The notes under the pieces were generated by a model, which saw nothing but the letters and a program-made list of their open reading frames with translations, had not been told where the DNA came from and made no database searches. Of a stretch of 64,000 nt of DNA, positions 30,610 to 41,388 are shown in pieces. Position 1 is the first letter of the stretch. Each line of letters begins with the position of its first letter. The stretch comes from an uncultured Aliarcobacter sp. (GTDB lineage Bacteria > Campylobacterota > Campylobacteria > Campylobacterales > Arcobacteraceae): NCBI GenBank assembly GCA_963677435.1, contig OY781945.1, forward strand, positions 2,656,001 to 2,720,000, read 5' to 3'. The position numbers were made by a program, and so were the translations under genes.

Positions 30610-31218
30610 GTGATAGGAATTATTGATTATAACATGGGAAATTTAGCAAGTGTTTACAATGCTTGTAAATTAATAGATGCACAAGCAACTATTGTTAAAA
30701 ACCCTGAAGATTTAAAAAATTTCAATAGAGTTATTTTACCTGGTGTTGGTGCTTACAAAGATGCCATGGAGCATTTAATCAAAACAGGTATGAATGAAGC
30801 TGTTTATGAGTTTGCGAAAAGCGGAAAACCAATGATTGGTATTTGTCTTGGAATGCAACTTCTATTTGAAAGTTCTCAAGAATTTGGACACACAGATGGT
30901 CTTGGATTAATTGATGGGCAAGTTGTAAAATTTGATAAGTCAAAAATGCATGAAGATTTCAAAGTTCCACACATGGGTTGGAACATAATTAGAAATAATG
31001 AACATGCTTTATTTGAAGGATTAAAAGATCCATATTTATACTTTGTTCACTCTTTTCATGCAGTTACAAGTGAAAAAAATATTATAGGAACGACAACTTA
31101 CGGTTATGATTTTACAAGTGCTGTTAATAAAGATAATATTTACGGTTTCCAACCACACCCTGAAAAATCACATGATAATGGGTTAAAAATTTTGAAGAAC
31201 TTTATAAATCTAAAATAA
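30610..31218 (+). CDS. hisH: Imidazole glycerol phosphate synthase, glutaminase subunit
   Basis: DYNMGNLASV, LPGVGAY, GICLGMQ, PHMGWN, FQPHPEKS. Confidence 0.96.
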   Translation: MIGIIDYNMGNLASVYNACKLIDAQATIVKNPEDLKNFNRVILPGVGAYKDAMEHLIKTGMNEAVYEFAKSGKPMIGICLGMQLLFESSQEFGHTDGLGLIDGQVVKFDKSKMHEDFKVPHMGWNIIRNNEHALFEGLKDPYLYFVHSFHAVTSEKNIIGTTTYGYDFTSAVNKDNIYGFQPHPEKSHDNGLKILKNFINLK

Positions 31219-31231
31219 TAAAGGATAAGTC

Positions 31232-32083
31232 ATGACAACTATAGCAATTACTGGTGCAAGTGGTTTTGTAGGGACAAGTTTAACAAAATATTTTTCTGAT
31301 TTAGGATATAAAATCATTCCTATTTCACGAGACATTTTAAATAATAAATCAAAACTTGAAGAGACTTTAAATTCAAGTGAAATTGTAATTAATCTAGCTG
31401 GTGCTAACATAATAAATAGATGGAGTGAATCTTACAAAAAACTTCTTTATTCAAGTAGAATTGATACAACTTCTAAAATTGTAAATGCAATTAATAATAT
31501 AACAAATAAACCAAAACTTCTTATTTCTACTTCTGCTGTTGGTATTTATGACAATAAAACTACTTATGATGAAAATGGCTCATTTTCAAATGATTTTCTT
31601 TCTTCTTTATGTCAAGATTGGGAAAAAGAAGCTTTAAAAGCAAAAAATGAAACTACTAAAGTTTCTATTTTTAGATTTGGAATTGTTCTTGGGCGTGATG
31701 GTGGCGCTTTACAAAAAATGATTACACCTTTTAAATTAGGAGTTGGAGGAATAATAGGAAATGGGAAACAAGCATTTTCTTATATTCACATCGATGATTT
31801 AATGGCGGCTTATAAATTTGTAATCCAAAATGAGTGTGAAGAAATATTTAATTTAACAGCGCCTGTTCCCACAACAAACAAAGGCTTAACCCTTGCTTTA
31901 GGGAAAACACTAAAAAGACCTACTATACTTCCAGTTCCAGAATTTGTTTTAAATCTTATTTTTAGTGAGGGAGCTCGTGTTTTAACCGATGGACAAAGTG
32001 CAGTTCCAAAAAAATTATTAGATTTAGGTTTTGAATTTAAATTTAAAACCATTGAAGAGACAATAGAAAATTTATGTAAATAA
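31232..32083 (+). CDS. TIGR01777-family NAD-dependent epimerase/oxidoreductase
   Basis: ITGASGFVG, INLAGANI..RW, SAVGIY, CQDWE. Confidence 0.88.
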   Translation: MTTIAITGASGFVGTSLTKYFSDLGYKIIPISRDILNNKSKLEETLNSSEIVINLAGANIINRWSESYKKLLYSSRIDTTSKIVNAINNITNKPKLLISTSAVGIYDNKTTYDENGSFSNDFLSSLCQDWEKEALKAKNETTKVSIFRFGIVLGRDGGALQKMITPFKLGVGGIIGNGKQAFSYIHIDDLMAAYKFVIQNECEEIFNLTAPVPTTNKGLTLALGKTLKRPTILPVPEFVLNLIFSEGARVLTDGQSAVPKKLLDLGFEFKFKTIEETIENLCK

Positions 32084-32096
32084 CGAGGATTAATAT

Positions 32097-32810
32097 ATGG
32101 ATATTTTACCAGCGATTGATTTAAAAGATGGAAAAGCTGTAAGACTAAGTAAAGGATTAATGGATAGTGCAAAAATCTATTCTGATGAACCATGGCAAGT
32201 AGCTAAAAGATTTGAAGAATTAGGTTCAAAATGGGTTCATATTGTTGATTTAAATGGTGCATTTGCAGGAAAACCAGCAAACTTAGAACAAATCAAAAAA
32301 ATTAGAGAAAACTGTAATCTTAAAATCGAACTTGGTGGTGGAATAAGAGATGAAGAGACAATTAAAATGTATGTTGAGCTTGGAGTTGATAGATTAATTT
32401 TAGGTTCAATTGCTGTAAAAAATCCACAATTTGTAAAAGATATGGCAGCTAAATATCCAATCGCTGTTGGAATTGATGCTATGAATGGAATGGTTGCTGT
32501 TGAGGGTTGGGCAGAAGTTTCAACTATGAAAGCAACTGATTTAGCTCAAGAGTTTGCAAATGCAGGTGTTCTTGCAATTATTTGTACAGATATAAGTAAA
32601 GATGGAATGCTTTGTGGTGTAAATGTTGAATTCACGGAATCAATTGCCCTTGCTTCAAATGTTGACACAATTGCAAGTGGTGGTGTAAAAGATATTAATG
32701 ACATCATTAACTGTAAAGCAAATGGAAATATTGCAGGTGTTATTGTTGGAAAAGCCTTTTATGAAGGAACTTTAGACTTAGAAGAGGCTTTTAAAGTTTT
32801 AGAAAAGTAA
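32097..32810 (+). CDS. hisA: ProFAR isomerase
   Basis: [39 protein letters not shown]. Confidence 0.97.
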   Translation: MDILPAIDLKDGKAVRLSKGLMDSAKIYSDEPWQVAKRFEELGSKWVHIVDLNGAFAGKPANLEQIKKIRENCNLKIELGGGIRDEETIKMYVELGVDRLILGSIAVKNPQFVKDMAAKYPIAVGIDAMNGMVAVEGWAEVSTMKATDLAQEFANAGVLAIICTDISKDGMLCGVNVEFTESIALASNVDTIASGGVKDINDIINCKANGNIAGVIVGKAFYEGTLDLEEAFKVLEK

Positions 32811-32847
32811 AACTAAAATGTGCCTTATAATCTCACTGGTATTTTTT

Positions 32848-32894
32848 GCCTTAGCATATACATTTTTTCAAGATGGAAATATGCAAGGCTTTTA
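32848..32894 (+). terminator. Hairpin downstream of hisA, probable terminator
   Basis: GCCTT-A-GCATAT...ATATGC-AAGGC followed by TTTT. Confidence 0.5.
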
Positions 32895-32969
32895 TATAAA
32901 TCTATTAATTGCTTTATTTTTTGTTTTATTAATGCTTAGAAATATTATTAAAACCAAAAAGAGTAAATA

Positions 32970-34292
32970 ATGTCAATTAAATCTATTATTGAAACTACTT
33001 ATAAAAATCTCATTAATGAAAAAGAATCAAGAGTTTCAACAGGAATAGATGAAAAAGCTGTAAAAGAAATTCCATTAAATTTTTTTATTACATTAATTAG
33101 TTACTTTTTTAATAAACTTGCTGATTCTATAGCTAATATTAAAGTAATTATTCCTTGGATTATGCAAACTTTAAATGTTCCAATTTTTTTAATTAGTTTC
33201 TTAGTTCCATTAAGAGAATCAGGTTCTCTTCTACCTCAAATTATAATTGCTACATTTATAAAAAAACTTCCTATTAGAAAATATATTTGGTCTATTGGCA
33301 CATTTTTGCAGGCTCTTAGTATGATTGGAATTGGAATTGTTGCATGGACAATGGAAGGATTAAATGCAGGAGTTGTTATTATCTTACTAATTATACTTTT
33401 TAGTTTAGCCAGAGGATTAAGTTCAGTTGCTGCAAAAGATGTCTTAGGGAAAACTATTCCTAAAACAAGAAGAGGAGTTTTAAATGGCTATTCAGGAAGT
33501 TTAGCAGGACTTTTAATTGTAGTATTAGGAATCTATTTTTTAGTTGTAGGAGAAAAACCATTTTCAGCACAGAACTTTGGTTTATTACTATTTTTAGCGG
33601 CTTTCTTTTGGATTGTTGCTGCTATTATATATTCTAATATAAAAGAAGTTGAAGGAGAAATAGACTCTAATACTCAAGGAATAAAAGATGCTCTTAAAAA
33701 AATCACTCTTTTAAAAACAGATTTAAATTTTAGAATATTTGTAATTTCAAGAGCTTTATTTTTATGTTCAGTTTTAAGTGCACCATATTTTGTATTACTA
33801 GCACAACAACACTCTAATTCTAATAATTATTTATTAGGTCTATTTATACTTGCTGGTGGATTAGCAGATTTTGTATCATCAGTTTTTTGGGGGAAATTTT
33901 CAGATATCTCAAGTAAAAAATGTATGTTAATGGGAGCTAGTATTTCAAGTACATTAGGTTTTCTAGTCTTTTTTCTTGATTACTATTATGAAAATATTTT
34001 TTCAATTGTTTGGATTATGCCTTTAATATATTTTATTTTAACTATTGGCTATCAAGGAATAAGAATAGGTAGGAAAACCTATCTTGTTGACTTTGCAGAA
34101 GGAAATAAAAGAACTGATTATGTTGCTGTTAGTAATACAATGATTGGAGTTATTTTACTATTTACAGGATTATTTGGAGCATTAAGTTCCTCAATTGGAT
34201 TAAAAGGAATAATACTAATTTTGGCAATTATTGGGATTATAGGAATTGCTGTAGCAAGTAAACTTCCTGAAGTTCAAAAGCATAATAAATAA
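32970..34292 (+). CDS. MFS transporter
   Basis: About 12 hydrophobic segments, RESGSLLPQ, DVLGKTIPKTRRG, WGKFSD. Confidence 0.82.
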   Translation: MSIKSIIETTYKNLINEKESRVSTGIDEKAVKEIPLNFFITLISYFFNKLADSIANIKVIIPWIMQTLNVPIFLISFLVPLRESGSLLPQIIIATFIKKLPIRKYIWSIGTFLQALSMIGIGIVAWTMEGLNAGVVIILLIILFSLARGLSSVAAKDVLGKTIPKTRRGVLNGYSGSLAGLLIVVLGIYFLVVGEKPFSAQNFGLLLFLAAFFWIVAAIIYSNIKEVEGEIDSNTQGIKDALKKITLLKTDLNFRIFVISRALFLCSVLSAPYFVLLAQQHSNSNNYLLGLFILAGGLADFVSSVFWGKFSDISSKKCMLMGASISSTLGFLVFFLDYYYENIFSIVWIMPLIYFILTIGYQGIRIGRKTYLVDFAEGNKRTDYVAVSNTMIGVILLFTGLFGALSSSIGLKGIILILAIIGIIGIAVASKLPEVQKHNK

Positions 34293-34425
34293 GATAGTTT
34301 TACTCCTAAATAGCCTAAATATGGTCATTGTAGAAGTTTGAAATTTTTAAAAATTATTAAAAAAAATATGTACATAGAAATAATTTTATGATATTATAAT
34401 TCAAATGATTAATAAAGGCTATTAG

Positions 34426-36282
34426 ATGAACTCAAACAAAAAAATAACTATTATAATTTTTACTATGGTTACCGTGTTAACTATGGTAATTGTAGCTCTA
34501 GTTGCTCTGGGCTCTAGACAAACTGGTTATGATAGTGCAAAAAAAAGAGCTTATTTAACAGCAGATATAGTCAAAAAATCTTTGACATCACATATGCTTA
34601 ATGGAAATATGAACCAAAGAGATGTTTTCTTAAATAGTATTGCACAATTAAAAGAAGTAAATGCCTTATGGATAATTAGATCAAAAACTGTTAGTAATCA
34701 ATTTGGTAAATCAAGTTTAGGGAATGAAATTCCAAAAGACTCTATAGATGAAGAAGTATTAAGAACAGGGAAAGAAAAAGTTATAATAAATGAATCCCTA
34801 AGAGATGCATCATTAAGAATTACAATACCTTATACCGCATCATCTCTTGATAAACCAAATTGTCTGTCTTGCCATGATGCAAAAGAAGGAGAAGTTCTTG
34901 GTGCAATTTCTTTAAAATTTGATATTCAAGATGATAGGATTTCAAGTATTTTAATTTTGCTAAATGTTATTGCTATTATTTCTGTCTTCTTAATATTTAT
35001 TTTGATTTATATTAGTAAAAAAATCAAACCTTATACAAGCTCTTTTGATGCAATAACAGAAGTACTAAAACAAGTTCATGATGGTGATTATTCAGTACGT
35101 GCAAAAGAAGGTGTGTTAAAAGAAGATAGAGAGGCTTCTTTATGGTTAAATGAGATTATAGAAAAACTTGAAACTGTATTAACAGGAATTGAAAAGAATT
35201 TAACTTCGTTTGTTCATAATAGAAATTCAAATGTTAATAATGATAAGTTACTTACAGCTCAAGAGATAATAGAAGATATTTCAGAAATTTATAATTATAA
35301 AAAAACTATAGAAACTGATTTAACTAAAGATGATATTTATTATAGATTGATACAAGTTTTAAAAGATAAATTATTAATAAAATCTTTCTATATTTTTGAA
35401 AATGATTTAATAAAAGATGAAAGAACAATAATCTATTCTACAAAAGATGCAAAACCTTGTTGTAATATTTTACGAAATGTAAAAGAGCAATGTCGAGCAG
35501 AAAGAACAGATACAATAGTTTTATCAGAGAATTTCCCAGAAATTTGTAGACTTGCAACTTGTAAAGATTGTACTGATTATATTTGTATTCCTTTTTTAAT
35601 AAGTGAACAAAAAAGTGTAACTATTCATATTTTATGTGATAATGAAGAGTGTCTTAAACACATCAAATATCAAATTGGAATAATAAAAAAATATCTTGAA
35701 GAGACTAAACCTATTTTAGAAAGCAGAATGTTAATGGATGTTCTACGAGAGAGAAATTTAGTTGATGGATTAACTGGTCTTTATAATAGAAAATATTTAG
35801 ATGAATTTATTGATAAAAAAATGCCCCATGAATTAGCACAAGGTATAACATATGCTGTAATGTTCCTAGATATTGACTATTTTAAAATGGTTAATGATAC
35901 ATATGGACATGATGCAGGAGATGCAATTTTACAAAAACTTTCATCAACAATGAAAGCTTCTATTACTGAAAATGAATTTATCATTAGATTTGGTGGAGAA
36001 GAGTTCTTAATTATAATGAAAAATCCGACAATTGAAAGTGCAAAAGAACTTGCAACAAAAATTAATCAAGAGTTTGCAAAACTTGTATTTACGTTTAATA
36101 ATGAATCATTTAGTAAAACTGTAAGTATTGGTTATGCCTTCTTCCCAACAGATACAGATCAAATCTGGAAATGTATTAAATATGCTGATTTATGCCTTTA
36201 TAAAGCTAAAGAGACAGGAAGAAATAAAGTTATAAGATTTACAAAAGACCTTCTAAAAGATACTGATAAAGACAATTATTAA
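34426..36282 (+). CDS. Membrane-bound diguanylate cyclase with periplasmic CxxCH domain
   Basis: Two TM segments flanking a domain containing CLSCH; HAMP-like segment; DGLTGLYNR, DIDYFK.VND.YGH..GD, RFGGEEF. Confidence 0.9.
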   Translation: MNSNKKITIIIFTMVTVLTMVIVALVALGSRQTGYDSAKKRAYLTADIVKKSLTSHMLNGNMNQRDVFLNSIAQLKEVNALWIIRSKTVSNQFGKSSLGNEIPKDSIDEEVLRTGKEKVIINESLRDASLRITIPYTASSLDKPNCLSCHDAKEGEVLGAISLKFDIQDDRISSILILLNVIAIISVFLIFILIYISKKIKPYTSSFDAITEVLKQVHDGDYSVRAKEGVLKEDREASLWLNEIIEKLETVLTGIEKNLTSFVHNRNSNVNNDKLLTAQEIIEDISEIYNYKKTIETDLTKDDIYYRLIQVLKDKLLIKSFYIFENDLIKDERTIIYSTKDAKPCCNILRNVKEQCRAERTDTIVLSENFPEICRLATCKDCTDYICIPFLISEQKSVTIHILCDNEECLKHIKYQIGIIKKYLEETKPILESRMLMDVLRERNLVDGLTGLYNRKYLDEFIDKKMPHELAQGITYAVMFLDIDYFKMVNDTYGHDAGDAILQKLSSTMKASITENEFIIRFGGEEFLIIMKNPTIESAKELATKINQEFAKLVFTFNNESFSKTVSIGYAFFPTDTDQIWKCIKYADLCLYKAKETGRNKVIRFTKDLLKDTDKDNY

Positions 36283-36287
36283 AAAAT

Positions 36288-36315
36288 AGCCTGCATATAA
36301 TTTTATATGTAGGCT
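36288..36315. terminator. Bidirectional terminator
   Basis: AGCCTGCATATA / TATATGTAGGCT stem with A and T flanks between convergent genes. Confidence 0.75.
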
Positions 36316-36325
36316 TTTTACTAAA

Positions 36326-37651
36326 TTAGACTAAGATTCCTTGACAAATAAACCATTTTTTTAAAGAGTTATATAATCCCATTGATATATTATTTTCTTT
36401 ACAAAAAACATCAAAATAATCCAATGATTTTTCCAGTTTATTTCCAAGACAATATTTTGCTAAGTCAACAACTTCAATATTTCCATAACACCAAACGCCC
36501 ATAGGATTATCTTTTGTTATGATTACATCTTGAGCAAGAATATAAGATTCTGTAACAACAGCTTTTTCTTCTATTCTTGGCAATACTCTTGAATCACTTA
36601 TTTTTTCATTTGGCCAATTTTGTCTTTTTTGCCAAAAATCACTTGTATATCTTTTTTCTAATAAATAAAACTCTTTGCCTACTTTTGAGAATTTATCAAA
36701 AATAAATTGCACCCTACTTTTATAAAATTCAATTGCTACTTTTTGCTCAATTTCGCTTTTATTTATTAGTGTATTAATTACATAAGGAGCAATACTTGAC
36801 ATGCTCATAGCTTGAAAAGCTCCATTTCCTGAAAGTGGGTCAATACTTGAAGCACTATCTCCAATGAGTATCATTTTAGTGTTTATTATCTCTTTATGGA
36901 TTTTACTATATGAGTCTCTTTTTACAATCTTTCCAACAGGTTTTGCATTTTTTAAACTCCAGAAATTTGCTTTTTGCTCTTTTAAGATTTCTAATAATTC
37001 ATCAAAATCATTTATTTTTACTGCTAATTCTTCATCACAAGTAAACTGGATATAACCTTTTTTATTCCCCACATAAGCTTGCCAAATCCAACCATTTTGT
37101 GTTGAATCAATTGAAGTTCTATTTTGTGAGAAACTAGTCATTTCTAACTCTTGAAGAAGTGAAAAACTTTTTGGACCAGAAATATATTCATCTTTAAAAG
37201 GGGTAAATCTTCCCCTTGCATCAACTACAAAATTAGCACTTGTTTCTATTTTATCTTCATCTATTTTATAGGTAATTTTTGGTTTTTCTTCACTACAATC
37301 AACTGCACCAATAACTTTTGCTTCTATGTGTTCAATGCCATTATCTTTTGCATCTTCAAGTAAAGCTTCATCTAAATTAGTTCGGCAAACTACATATTCA
37401 TAATTTACATTTTTTGAATTACTTGCCCAGTTTGAATTTCTCATAGATTGCTCTTTTAAAAGCAAAGAAGCTTTTAGGCATGAACTAGAGATTAATCCAT
37501 CTTTAGTTTTTTCACTAAATCCCTCATAAGCTATAAATGGTCTTGGTTTATAAAAAATCGTTACATTAAATCCAAGTTTTTTAAGACCAATTGCTGTAGT
37601 AACTCCTGCAATTCCAGCTCCTAAAACTAATATTGTTTTATTTTGATTCAT
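36326..37651 (-). CDS. qhpG: FAD-dependent monooxygenase for CTQ biogenesis (QhpG-like)
   Basis: GAGIAG, DARGR, GDSASSIDPLSGNG.FQA; located in the qhp cluster. Confidence 0.82.
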   Translation of the reverse strand: MNQNKTILVLGAGIAGVTTAIGLKKLGFNVTIFYKPRPFIAYEGFSEKTKDGLISSSCLKASLLLKEQSMRNSNWASNSKNVNYEYVVCRTNLDEALLEDAKDNGIEHIEAKVIGAVDCSEEKPKITYKIDEDKIETSANFVVDARGRFTPFKDEYISGPKSFSLLQELEMTSFSQNRTSIDSTQNGWIWQAYVGNKKGYIQFTCDEELAVKINDFDELLEILKEQKANFWSLKNAKPVGKIVKRDSYSKIHKEIINTKMILIGDSASSIDPLSGNGAFQAMSMSSIAPYVINTLINKSEIEQKVAIEFYKSRVQFIFDKFSKVGKEFYLLEKRYTSDFWQKRQNWPNEKISDSRVLPRIEEKAVVTESYILAQDVIITKDNPMGVWCYGNIEVVDLAKYCLGNKLEKSLDYFDVFCKENNISMGLYNSLKKWFICQGILV

Positions 37652-38291
37652 TTTTATGACCTTTTTTTATTTCATTTAAAATCTCTTCTTTACTTAAATC
37701 TTTTTGCAACTTCTCACAAAAATATTTTGTAAATTTTGCAACGGCAACACTAGAACCACCAACTCCTTCAACTTTTGATAAGGGGTTTGCTGCAAAAAGT
37801 GATTTTTCTAAATCTAAACAACTAATTTCATTCTCTGCACATTTTCCATCAGAAGTTACACTAATTACCTCATCATAAGAAGCTGGAAATACAAAATCAG
37901 CTCCACTTCTTGGAAAAGATGAGATTATTGTAACTTCATTTGAAATTAGTTTTTTACATAAATCCTCTATCTCTTTATAGTTTGTTTTTAGTCCTAAACT
38001 CATATTTATTACATCTACTTTTTTATCCAAAAGATAAGTTAAAGCTCCAACTATATGTGAGGGTGTTGTTCTTAGATTCTCATCAAATACTTGAATATCA
38101 TATAGTTTTATATTTTCATTAGAAGATATAATTTCTCCAATAACATCTCCATGTTTGTATTTAATTTCATTTTGACTTGTTATTATAATTTTATTATTCT
38201 CAACTTTTATCGCAAGCTTTTCATAGGTTTCAAAAGTGCAACCACTATCAATTAAAGCTACAAAAATATCTTTAGGCATTTTTATACTCAC
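37638..38291 (-). CDS. qhpE: Subtilisin-like leader peptidase (QhpE-like)
   Basis: ALIDSG, HG, INMSLG, FPASY, GSSVA; short with no signal peptide. Confidence 0.8.
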   Translation of the reverse strand: MSIKMPKDIFVALIDSGCTFETYEKLAIKVENNKIIITSQNEIKYKHGDVIGEIISSNENIKLYDIQVFDENLRTTPSHIVGALTYLLDKKVDVINMSLGLKTNYKEIEDLCKKLISNEVTIISSFPRSGADFVFPASYDEVISVTSDGKCAENEISCLDLEKSLFAANPLSKVEGVGGSSVAVAKFTKYFCEKLQKDLSKEEILNEIKKGHKNESK

Positions 38292-39909
38292 TTAGATTTT
38301 GGTTTTCTAATAAATAAACCTTTTCAAAATTGTTTAACATATTAAGATGATGAGTAATAGCAATAATAGTTGAATTTGGAAAAAGTTTTGTGATATTTTC
38401 ATAAAACCAAAGAGTATCTTTTTCATCTATTGAAGAGGTAAACTCATCAAGAATTATTACTTTTGGTTTTAATAAAATTATTCTTGATAGGGCAATTCTT
38501 TGTTTTTGACCACCTGAGATATTATCACCTGATTCATAGATATTTGTTTCAAGTCCATCTTTTAAATTTTCAAACCAAGAGTTCATACCAGTTTGTTTCA
38601 AAGAATTTATAAGTTCTTCATCAGTTGCATCTATTTTTGCTAAAAGTAGATTTCCCCTTAAAGTATCATCAAAAATAATTGGCGTTTGCTCTAGTTTTAC
38701 AATATAGTTTGAAAAATTTGCATAATCATTTTTTCCTATTTGTTCATTTCCTAATAATATAGTTCCATTTTGTGCACTTTGTAAACCACAAAGTAAATCT
38801 CCAAAGGTACTTTTTCCTGTTCCATTTTTACCTATAATTGCGATTTTACTATTCTGTTTTATCTTTAAATTTAACTTGTTAAATATTTGATTATTAGCAT
38901 ATGAGAAACTTAAATCTTTAACACTAATATCATAATTAACAGTTTTTAAAATCTCAATTTTTTCATCTTTTGGTAATATTTCTAAAATTCTATTTAGACT
39001 TACTTTTACTTTTGGAAGATTATTCATAACTCCTAAGATTGTATGAACAGGAGCTAAAATCATTCCAAAATAGGTTAAAAAGGCCATTAATTCACCAAGT
39101 TTTAACTCATTTGTAATAGTTAAATATCCACCATAAGAGATGATTATTGTTTTTCCAAGTAGAGAAATAAGAGCTGGGACTTGACTAAAAATTAGATTTA
39201 ATTTTTTATTTTTGATTACAACTTTTTTGTAATCTTCTTGAATAATATCAAGTTTTGAAATTGTCATCTGTTTTGCACCAAGATTTTTTATAACTAAAAT
39301 ATATCTAAAGCTTTCAATAAAAAATTTACCAATATTTGAAGTACTTTCTCTCATATTTTTTGTGCTATCATGCATATATGGATAAAGAGGTTTTAGGCAA
39401 AAAAACTCTATTGGTAAAAAAATCAAAATAAGTATCATTAGTTTTATATTATATGAGTAAATAATAAATGAGATAAATACAAGACTAATGATAGTTGAAA
39501 ATATTGCAAATAATGAATCAGTATAAAATCTTTGGAGTTCACTAATATCACCTTGAACCCTAGACATCAAATCAGCCGAGTGGTATCGCGTCATAAAATT
39601 TTTATTATGTAAAAAGAGTTTATTAAATACCTTTTTTCTAAACTCAAATAAAATATTCATAGAGTTTGAAGTGTAATATATCTCATTTATACTACTTATT
39701 ATCATTACAAAAATAGTTAAGAAAAATGAAATTGCTACTAAGATAATAAGTTGATTTACATTTGAAGCTAAAATTGCATTGTCAATTATATGTTGCATAA
39801 TATATGGTTGTAGTGCTCCACCTAAAGATACAATGATTGAAAAGAAAAATATGATAAAGAATCCTCTCTTATTTTCTTTTAAGAGAGGATAAATTGTATT
39901 TTTAAACAT
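38272..39909 (-). CDS. qhpF: ABC exporter, fused permease-ATPase (QhpF-like)
   Basis: TM domain plus GKNGTGKS, ISGGQKQR, ILDE. Confidence 0.82.
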   Translation of the reverse strand: MFKNTIYPLLKENKRGFFIIFFFSIIVSLGGALQPYIMQHIIDNAILASNVNQLIILVAISFFLTIFVMIISSINEIYYTSNSMNILFEFRKKVFNKLFLHNKNFMTRYHSADLMSRVQGDISELQRFYTDSLFAIFSTIISLVFISFIIYSYNIKLMILILIFLPIEFFCLKPLYPYMHDSTKNMRESTSNIGKFFIESFRYILVIKNLGAKQMTISKLDIIQEDYKKVVIKNKKLNLIFSQVPALISLLGKTIIISYGGYLTITNELKLGELMAFLTYFGMILAPVHTILGVMNNLPKVKVSLNRILEILPKDEKIEILKTVNYDISVKDLSFSYANNQIFNKLNLKIKQNSKIAIIGKNGTGKSTFGDLLCGLQSAQNGTILLGNEQIGKNDYANFSNYIVKLEQTPIIFDDTLRGNLLLAKIDATDEELINSLKQTGMNSWFENLKDGLETNIYESGDNISGGQKQRIALSRIILLKPKVIILDEFTSSIDEKDTLWFYENITKLFPNSTIIAITHHLNMLNNFEKVYLLENQNLSEYKNA

Positions 39910-39921
39910 TTTGTTTAATCA

Positions 39922-41037
39922 CTATTTTGTTCGAAATACTTGAAGTGCAGCTGAGCCCATATCACCTGGCAATTGAATATTTCCTAATTTTTTCAAATCT
40001 GATGAATAAATTGCAATATCATCTAAAGAGTTCCCAAGATATACTCTTTTTCCATCAAGTGAAACTGTTGCAGTATAATAAGTGTGTTCTAATGTCACAT
40101 TTTTTATCTCTTTTTTCTTTTTAATATCAAATTTTGCTAATTGATTTAAACAACCATACGCAATATTTCTATTTGTAGGATCTCTCATAATACTAAATAA
40201 TGATGTATCCCCTGGACCTATATCCATTTGACTAATTTCACCTGTTTTTAAATCAACACTTGTCATACCCCATAACCAATCATTATCATCTGATGGTGTT
40301 TTTCCATCTGCATATTTTTCAATAGCATATAAAGTTGAAAAATCATTTTGTTGTTGACCAATTATATAGTTAGCAAATGAATCTGGTTCACTAACACCTT
40401 TTCTACCCCAACCATGAATTTTTTTTGCTATTTTTATATCACCAGTTTGAGCATTTATCTTATATAAATGTGAACCTACAGCATATATACTTCCATCTTT
40501 TGCAACACTCATAAGTGTAATTTGTCTAGGAATTTTAAAACTATTTACTGCTTGAGCATCTAAACCATCTGCAACATTAAATGTTGAAAACATTGGATCA
40601 AGTACTGTATATCTATCTGGTCCAATTGTTGTTCTGTTATATGCTACATAAACTTGTTTACTATCATTGCTAATTGCAATTCCAGCTAAAGTTTGTCCTT
40701 TTAAATAACCTTTTGATAGGTTTGCATGAAAAATTCTATTACAATTCGTAATATCATATCCACCAATTTCTTCACCATATCCACCAACTATAAATGCAAA
40801 TTTATTATTTGGAGCTAAGATAACTCCAGCTGGTGAAACTGCTTCTACAATTTTACAAGTATTAATAACTTTTTTCTTTTCAACATCTGCTAAAACAATA
40901 TATCCAGGTCTAGTTTCTGTAACTATATACTCTTTATTATGTTCAAGTTCAATAGTATCAGCACTTAATGAGATAAAGTTAGATGATGTTATTAATGCAC
41001 CTAACAATAAATTTTTTATTAAATTTTTATATGACAT
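39922..41037 (-). CDS. qhpB: Quinohemoprotein amine dehydrogenase beta subunit, copy 1
   Basis: Signal peptide, beta-propeller, PRQITLM, LEHTYY, C-terminal LPGDMG...QVF. Confidence 0.88.
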   Translation of the reverse strand: MSYKNLIKNLLLGALITSSNFISLSADTIELEHNKEYIVTETRPGYIVLADVEKKKVINTCKIVEAVSPAGVILAPNNKFAFIVGGYGEEIGGYDITNCNRIFHANLSKGYLKGQTLAGIAISNDSKQVYVAYNRTTIGPDRYTVLDPMFSTFNVADGLDAQAVNSFKIPRQITLMSVAKDGSIYAVGSHLYKINAQTGDIKIAKKIHGWGRKGVSEPDSFANYIIGQQQNDFSTLYAIEKYADGKTPSDDNDWLWGMTSVDLKTGEISQMDIGPGDTSLFSIMRDPTNRNIAYGCLNQLAKFDIKKKKEIKNVTLEHTYYTATVSLDGKRVYLGNSLDDIAIYSSDLKKLGNIQLPGDMGSAALQVFRTK

Positions 41038-41051
41038 ATCTTCATCTCCCC

Positions 41052-41372
41052 TTAATTTTTTGGATATACATTATCTAATTCTCGCCATTGTTTAGAACTT
41101 GATGGCGCTTTGTCACTCCACTCTTTATAACTAGCTGAAGTATCGGGAACTTGTGTTGGCCACCAACAAGGATCTGAACAACCATATAAATCTGCTTCAA
41201 GAGGTTGACATAAACCTGCTAATCCACCACTTTCATCTACTTCCCATCCTGGGTCAAATGTTGTAACACAACCTACTATTGATTGCATTGCTATTACTTC
41301 TTCTTTACTTCCATTCTCAATTGCGTCGCTTAATAATTTAGCTTTTGGACTAATTGCTTTGAAATGTTTCAT
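41052..41372 (-). CDS. qhpC: Quinohemoprotein amine dehydrogenase gamma subunit (CTQ precursor), copy 1
   Basis: 28-aa leader ending EEVIA, then C7..E16, C27..D33, C37, C41, W42-W43, D49; start set to ATG 41372 after AAGGA. Confidence 0.95.
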   Translation of the reverse strand: MKHFKAISPKAKLLSDAIENGSKEEVIAMQSIVGCVTTFDPGWEVDESGGLAGLCQPLEADLYGCSDPCWWPTQVPDTSASYKEWSDKAPSSSKQWRELDNVYPKN

Positions 41373-41388
41373 TATCTTTTTCCTTACC

